Positions 56,498 through 64,000 of a DNA stretch of 64,000 nt are shown here, in pieces; the first letter of the stretch is position 1; every line of letters starts with the position of its first letter. Position numbers and translations under genes: made by a program. The notes beneath the pieces were generated by a model. That model had not been told where the DNA came from. It searched no databases and worked only from the letters and a program-made list of their open reading frames with translations. The stretch spans positions 2,976,001-3,040,000 of the forward strand of contig CM007990.1 of assembly GCA_002189035.1 (NCBI GenBank), given 5' to 3'. The DNA comes from Utricularia gibba. Lineage: Eukaryota > Plantae > Magnoliophyta.

Positions 56498-56879
56498 TTT
56501 TTTAGGTTACATTTGATGATTGTTTTATAACTATTTCATTAATATCATGCATTACTTTAACTAGTAAAATTGGAATTTCAAACACTTAAACTTATTAAGG
56601 TAATGTATTTTTATTGTGGAAAAATTCAATATATTACGTATATATATAATATAATATAATGTTTCATTAAATAATTAACGCACCCTACTTGAATAATTCC
56701 TAAAACCAACCAATATTGCATCCTTGCACTCCAAATCCCCGACTTGCACCTGAGCTCCCGACCTACACTTGAGCTTGTGCAACATAGCTTAAAAGCAATG
56801 GTGAAAGACAGCTCTCTTAAGAGTTTATATTTGATAAGGGGCAATATACAAAGAATTTGGTTCAACAATCTACCTTAGT

Positions 56880-59800
56880 GATGGACTGTCATTCATGTAA
56901 TTGTTCGGGGGTGATAACTAATTTTTTTCTAAAAACCAGGGAATCAATCAAATCATATTAGTCATTTTGATTTTTTTTCTTTTTATTCCTATTGTCAGAT
57001 CATACTAATCTACTCTTCATTATAATAGTCAAAGTTGTTAACATCTTGCTTTTTAATTGCAGCAAATCTTTTTTTCTTCTTTTCTGACCCTTGCTCTGAA
57101 AATATCATTTCTTTTTAATTTAGCTTCCTGCTAAAACCTATAATTCCACTTTTACCCTTATTCTAAAAATATCTTTGAAAACTGCTTAGAATACATAGCC
57201 TAGTCCAAATGGGCTAGATGTCCATTAGCCTAATGAGTAGTAAACCCACTTTGCTCTTAAACTATGGGAAAATCGGGCTAGTTTGTGTTTTTACCGAGAA
57301 AAACTATGACCAACATGGTTTTAGGGTATTTTCCTATCCTAACTCCAATATTCCTATGCCACTATCACTAAAACAGATAAAAATACATCAAAATAAAACA
57401 CAACATCATACTACCCTACAACAATAATAGACTTGTCCTTGAATCTTACTCACAACCTAAACTAGACAACTGACACAAGCCAAATCCTTATTGTATTTGA
57501 GTACCTAATGCAACAATGAGACATGAAAATAAAAGTTCCTTAACAATGGAATGTATGGACATCGCTCTTGCCAAACTTAAGGTAACGGCTTTATCCATTA
57601 CAATCTAGCACTCACACTAAGGTTATTCCTTGTCTTACAATGTAAAAGTTCATTTACTCCTAGCACCTAGTCACTCACGAAACTCTCACCATCCTTCTAT
57701 ACAACTTACAGTCTAATAGTAGAGACTTGTCACACTCTTTTTAGCTAATCACAATTCCTTAGCAATAGAATGTAGGGTCATCAAGATAAAGCTTTGACCT
57801 ATAATTATTTATAGTAAAGATTTACTATCTGAACTTTTATTGAACAATTCCGCATATCCATTGTTTTTCACATATTTGAAAATAAATGGTTCTACCTAAT
57901 TGGACTTCAATTTTATTGGGTAAAACTTGAACCTAAAACAGTACATAAGTATTTTCTACCCTAGCTCGAATTCCTTCATTATACTTTTGTTGTATTTGTA
58001 GTCCAAATTTCTCACCGTGCATTATCTAACTTCTAACTCCAATCTTTTCGAGACAAAGTGACAGTTTTATCAAACACTTGTTTGATCTCTCAATTCAATA
58101 TCTTAGCTTGCCCGTTATTTTGAGGATGGTATGCATTTGAAGGCTTATACCACACAGCATACCTCTTTTTTCTAAAGGCTTGCTGAAGAAATGGGAAACT
58201 ATATCATTGATGAGTACTTTGGGAATACCAAATTAAGCAAATATGTCCTTGTTCATAAAATTCATTCCAACTTTTTGTTTTGTGCATGGGTTCAAATCAC
58301 CTCAATTCAACTGAAAAGATAGTCTACACATACCAAAATATATTCATATCCATCAATTCCTCACACATCGAACATTTCGATTATAAAAATAGGTTGCAAA
58401 GGCATTTCATTCTTGTTGGTAATATTACCTATTCATTGACATGTGTGACAATCCATACAAAAACGAAAATTGTTTCAAAAAAATAGAAGGCCAACAATAT
58501 CCATAGTCAAGTACCTTCTTTGATAGTTGTTTTGATCCATGATGACCTCCACATTGGGATTAATGACAGATTCAATCACTTAATTAATCTAATCATTGAG
58601 TAAGCATTTATATACAACTTCATCGCTATAATTCTTTCACAAATACGAGTCACCCCATGTGTAGTACTTGTTGTCACTCTTTAGTTTAAGTTTCTTGTGA
58701 CTTCAAATTTTTACAAAGTTTTCTTGTAAAAAGAAAGTTAGCTATATTTGCATACTAGAGTCCTTTAGTCTTACCTAAGAGTCAGATGATACTAATAAGT
58801 TCATCAGAGAAAGCATCAACTATCTCCTCTCCATCCATTCATTTCTCTATTCTACTAAAGTGATCAGCTATACAATTCTCTTTGCTTAATTTCTCCTTAA
58901 TTTCCACATCGAATTCTCGGAGTGCACCCAAGGAAGCAACCTTGCTTTCATGTCTCACTTTGACATTAGATGTCTAATGACTATACTTGTATGCACAATG
59001 ATCTTACTCCCTATCAAATAACCCCTAAATTTTTTCAGGGTGAATACGACAGCCAACATTTCCATTTCTGTGATTGTGTAATTTTTTTTGCACATTGTCC
59101 AAAGATTTCGAGGTATAGCTGATTTAATGCATCAAACATGACATGAAATGGTTCTTTCCAATCAAGAGCTCAGATCACCGGCGCTATTGTGGTTACTACT
59201 TTCAACTTGTTGAAAGCTTCTTTGCAATGATCTAAAAACTCAAATTTCACATTTCGTTTCAAAACTCAGTCAAGGGTTTAGCAATTGCTAAAAAATCCTT
59301 GATGAATATGTGATGAAAACCCGCATACCCAAAAATGATCAAATTTCTTTTACGTCCTTGGTGTGTTAAGATTAGAGATTGTGTCAAACATAGTAGGATC
59401 AACACGTAAACCATCATTTGAAACAACATGCCCCAACACTTTTCCTTATCTAACCAATGACATTTTTTAGAATTAAGTACTAAATATTTTTCAACACATC
59501 TTCTAAAAACTTTCTCCAAGTTATCTATACACTCAACAAAATCCGATCCATGTAATGTAAAATCATCGATGAAAACCTTCATGCTTTTGTCAATGAAATT
59601 AAAAAAAATACTCATTATATACTTTTGAAAAGTAGCTAGGGCATTACATAAACTAAAAGGGATTTTTGTATAAGTAAATATACCAAATGGATAGGTAAAT
59701 ATTGTTTTCTCTTATTTCTCGAGTGCAACAGTCACTTGGTTGTAACTTAAATAACTATGAAAAAAGTAGTAGTATTCCTTATCATTAAGTTTATCAAGCA

Positions 59801-60760
59801 TTTGATGAATGAAGAGGAGAGGTTAGCGGTCCTTCTTCATGACATTGTTGAGTTTTCTATAATCAATGCATATTCTCCATGTATTTTGCACTCACACGGT
59901 GATTCGCGTCCCTTCAAAATTGGTAACTAGTGTAATTCATTTCTTCTTAGGCACCACATCATCCTAACCTATTTGCTGTATGAAATGGCATTAATTATCT
60001 CGACTTTCAATAACTTCTCCACCTCTTTTTTTATTACTTCAATGAGGATAGGATTCAATCTTCATTGAGCTTGGCTTGCCATCATCTTACAAGAGTATCC
60101 TCCAAAGTCTAACTAATCCCCTTGCTATATTTTTTCAATACCTCTCTAAGCTATGTATCTTGCTTTGAGGGTGAGATATGAACTAACAATAATAGGCAAA
60201 CTATTTGCCTCTTTGTCTCGACATCCGACTCAGCTATCAAACTTGCTTCTTCATCCACTATCATCATTATGATAGATTCATCCATCTCTTGGGCATATAA
60301 TTCTTATACCAAATCGCCTATGATATCCTTTTGATCAAGTGAATCAAGTTCTTTAGCATTTTCTTCTTCTACTACCATTTCACTTCCAAACATGCTATCT
60401 TCGTGTTCATTGGCTTTGAAAGTCCCAAATTGTCTTCATACCCTAATGTCATTTCTCCCTTCTTAGATCTGATGTGTGCATCAATTTTTTCCAAGAACGA
60501 TCTTCCTAGAATAATGGTGTTGTCATTGGCTTTAGTTGGGTACAACGTCTTTGACACTCACACTCGCACATCCTCAACAATTCTTTCCGGGATGGCAGTC
60601 ACTCTTATTGCTAAGATTAGTCTAGTCATAGTCTTGAAACAAAGGTTCGAGACCAAGAGACTCATAGACGTCGAGTGATATCATGTCGATTACTACTTCT
60701 TGATCAACCATTGCCCTTAGGATCTCCAAGTTTTGAAAATATGAAATATGTACTTGTATC
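56880..60760 (-). mobile_element. Highly degenerate Athila-like gypsy pol (protease, RT, RNaseH, integrase) and 3' region
   Basis: IILGRSFLEKIDAHI; KVFIDDFTLHGSDFVECIDNLEKVFRRCVEKYLVLNSKKCH; GYAGFHHIFIKDFLAIAKPLT. Confidence 0.8.
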
Positions 60761-60934
60761 TCCACATCTATGCACATTTGATGATAGCATGGCATGCACA
60801 CCACCACTGCTATAGTAGCTCATAAATCTAAAATTTATTAGGGTTATTTATGTTCACCATTGGTGCTAATCAACTTAGTTTATTGTTAGTATTAACTAGG
60901 ACTTAGGGAAGAGTCTCGTGTAGTTGTAGCATAG

Positions 60935-61785
60935 CATAATGACACATATTTTCTTAGTATTTTGTAATACAAAATTATGATATTTTGTTGTGACTTAGGT
61001 TAGGTTTTTCATATTTTAAATATTGCTTAGTTTAATTTTGTGTTTATATTAAAAAGTGGACTAAATTAAAGGATTTAGTCCACCTTTTGTTACTAATGTT
61101 TATTTAAGTCTAGTAGGAAGTTTAATAGTAAATCGGACTGAAAGATGTGTGGATTAATTTGAAGGAGACACAATATCCGAAGAGAGACAAAGAGTACTAT
61201 TCTGCTGCCCGCAGTTTGTAGGTTCAGGCTAAGAACAATACTAGTGTTATGAACAATGCATTGGAGTAACGAAGAGGAGATATTTTTGAAGGAGTGGGAG
61301 AATCGAGGAATGAGATAACTCTAGCAAAGAACGCATAGATAAGGAGGCTTTGGAGTGAACGAAAGGGAGAAGAAAATGATTTTTTTGGAAGAAAAGCCTC
61401 AATGTGAAGAAAAAGCTCAAGAACCCAGTTCAGTGCTACTGTTCCGAATTGTGAACAATAATAGAAGCAGAACAGAACTATTTCGCCTTATTTTTGTTTA
61501 CAATATATTTAGCTTCTGACATTTTATCTTATAATATTTATGATATTTCCATTGGATTGTGATTATGAAATCTTGTTTTGCGTATCAAATATGATTGGCT
61601 AGATCTTATGGATGTCTTAAGCTGTAGAATGGTGATGTGGAGCAAACAACTTCACAAGTTAAATTCTTGATTTAGATGTAAACCAATAAATCAAGGTGAG
61701 TATAGTAGATGTTTGTATTAGGTAGAACTAGTAAAGGCGACTAGATCTAGTTCTACATATTTCGCATATGGGTAGACCTAAGTGT
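60935..61785 (+). mobile_element. Diverged, truncated family B LTR in opposite orientation
   Basis: It aligns to the reverse complement of 21900-22708, e.g. AAAAGTGGACTAAAT..GATTTAGTCCAC..TTGTTACT.ATGTTT and GGGTAGACCTAAG. Confidence 0.75.
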
Positions 61786-61789
61786 AGAA

Positions 61790-64000
61790 TGAGTGATGAC
61801 AATTTACTTGTTGTTGAAAGGAAAGTAGAGATTCCCTCTAGTCTATCTCAACAAAAGCAAGAGGCCAAATCATTAATTGCTCCACAAAACTCAAAACATC
61901 TCCAACAATCGTGGATTCTTGATAGTGTATGTACATACCATTTGCCCCAACATAGAATGGTTTTCATCATATGCAAAGATTGAGGTTGGTGAAGTGGTGT
62001 TAGGAGATAATTCCACCAAATGAATTTGTGGCATTGATATTGTCAAATTAAGAATGCATGATGATGTTGTGAGGACCATAACTGATGTAAGGCATGTTCC
62101 CGACTTCAAAAAGGACTTGATATCCTTGAGTTTCTTGGAGTAAAAAGGCTGCAAATTCACGGGTTTCAATGAGTAAGAAGGTTAGCAAAGGTGCTATGGT
62201 TGTAATGAAAGGAGTAAGAAATGATGGAAATCTATATATTTTGCAAGGAATGGTTGAAACTGCTCAAGCTCATGCAACTACAACAAAAAATGAATCTGAA
62301 ACTACTCATTTGTGGAACTATAGCTTTGCCCACATGAGTGTCGAAGCCTTGAAGGAGTTAAGTTCGAGAGGCCTCTTGAGTGAACAAAAAAAATAGCAAC
62401 ATGGAATTTCGAGAAAGCTATGTTTTCAACAAAAAACAAAAGGTTCAGTTTTTTCTAAAGGGAATCACAACAGCCCACATCCTCTAACATACGTGCATTT
62501 AGACGTTTTGGGGCTTGCACCAACATCTTCTTTTTATGATGCAATGTAAATGATGTTGATAATTGGTGACTACTCAAGGAAAGTATGAAATTTCTTCCTT
62601 CTACATAAGTCTAAAGCTTTAGAAACCTTCAAGAATTGAAAGGTGATGATTGAAAAACATATCAATATGAAGGTAAAAACCTCAGGATAGACAATGGACT
62701 AGAATTTTTCTGATTTTGATGTTTATTGCAAAGTTTAAGGAATTTTACAGGATAAAACTAACAAGCATACACCACATCAAAATGGGGTAGGTGAAAGGAT
62801 GAATCACCCCATCTACGAAAAGGTTCGCTCTATGTTAGCCAGAGTCAAGCTACATGAAAGATACTAGGTTGAGGCGGCTAGCTATGCTGCTGTTATCATC
62901 AACAGATCTCCCTCAATGGCAATAAACTGTAAAACACTGCAAGAATTGTGGAGAGGTGAGCCAACAAACTATGAACACCTAAAGATTTTTGGATGTCCTG
63001 CATACATTTATGTAAATAAGGGGAAAATGAAATCAAGGACTTTTAAGTGTATTTTCCTTGGCTTCAAGAAAAGTGTGAAGGGATACAAAGTTTGAAGTCC
63101 GGACCTTAAGAGAGCTCTCACAAGTAGAGATGTCATGTTTAATGAAGAAGCATTTTGAAAAAGTGGACAAGAAATTACACGAGATCATCAATTTAAGGCC
63201 ACTAAACAGAGTGTGATTAATGAAGCAAGAACAGAACTTATAGCATCTAGATCAATAGTGAGCTAGGGAAGTGAGATAATTATTGATTCAATTGAGAAAT
63301 CCACCTCATTAGCTACACCACCAGATCATGAATCCTCAATTGTTATTAATAGACCATGTAGAACAATTAAGCCTCCACAAAGGTATGCGGAGGCAGATTA
63401 TCTAGCATTTGCTTTGACAATAGCTGATGAAACTCCATTACACAAGGAAATGGCAAATTTTAAGGAAGCAATCATAGGAAGTGAAGCTGAAAAATAGTAG
63501 AACTTTAGGATTGATGAAATTAATTCCTTAGACAAGAACAATACTTAGGAGCTTAATGAACTTCAAATAGGAAAGAAATGGATTCATAAAACCAACGATC
63601 GAGCATTTGATCTGCAAACTCAAGAAGTCATATGAAATGAAACAGTCATTGAGACTTTGATATAAGAGGTTTGCATCTTTTATGGAAAGTATAGTCTTTG
63701 TACGTGTAGCTTATGATCTGTATTTGTTTAAACACATGCTACCTAATTATTCTTTTATTCTTTTGCTCATTTACATTGATGACATGCTTATTGATACTGA
63801 AGATATTCATGCTTTGAAATCACTTTATTTTTAGCTTGCCTCTGATTTCGAGATGGCAGATTTAAGTGAAGTAAGAAAAATTCTTGGCATGAAAATTCAA
63901 AGTGATAGAATCAAGAAGACTCTTTTCTTGTCTCAAACTTCATACATTTCCCTTGTGGTATAGAAATTCAATATGACAAATTGTAAGCATGTGGACACTC
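61790..64000 (+). mobile_element. Degenerate Ty1/copia (Tork/Tnt1-like) pol: protease, GAG-pre-integrase, integrase, RT start
   Basis: SWILDSVCTYH; RMHDDVVRTITDVRHVP; KGAMVVMKG..NLYILQG; LWNYSFAHMS; NGVGERMN; INRSPS; KIFGCP; KCIFLG..VKGYK. Many stops. Confidence 0.88.

Overview
AT-rich plant nuclear DNA (likely a eudicot) dominated by nested, decayed transposons around three apparently intact minus-strand genes. These are an INCENP/WYRD-like chromosomal passenger gene (10648-16107), an OBL1-like class 3 lipase (44754-46920) and the histone acetyltransferase GCN5/HAG1 (47780-51866); I traced exon boundaries and phases by hand for all three. The window also holds an old plastid insertion (NUPT: ycf4-psaI-accD remnant-rbcL ... 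trnM-trnV) that is split by Athila-type gypsy DNA. Other mobile elements are CRM, Athila-like, Tekay-like and copia retrotransposon remnants and solo LTRs (two with perfect 5-bp TSDs), plus MuDR, PIF/Harbinger (x2), hAT, a PMD/MAIN-like pseudogene and MITEs. The most unusual object is at the left end. A MuDR transposase remnant is followed by a five-exon, now pseudogenised chimeric gene that splices a Transposase_28-like domain and a coiled coil in frame to a complete FCP1/NIF-type HAD phosphatase-like domain, and it is bracketed by three clusters of one ~32-bp palindrome. All family assignments come from recalled motifs, not database searches.
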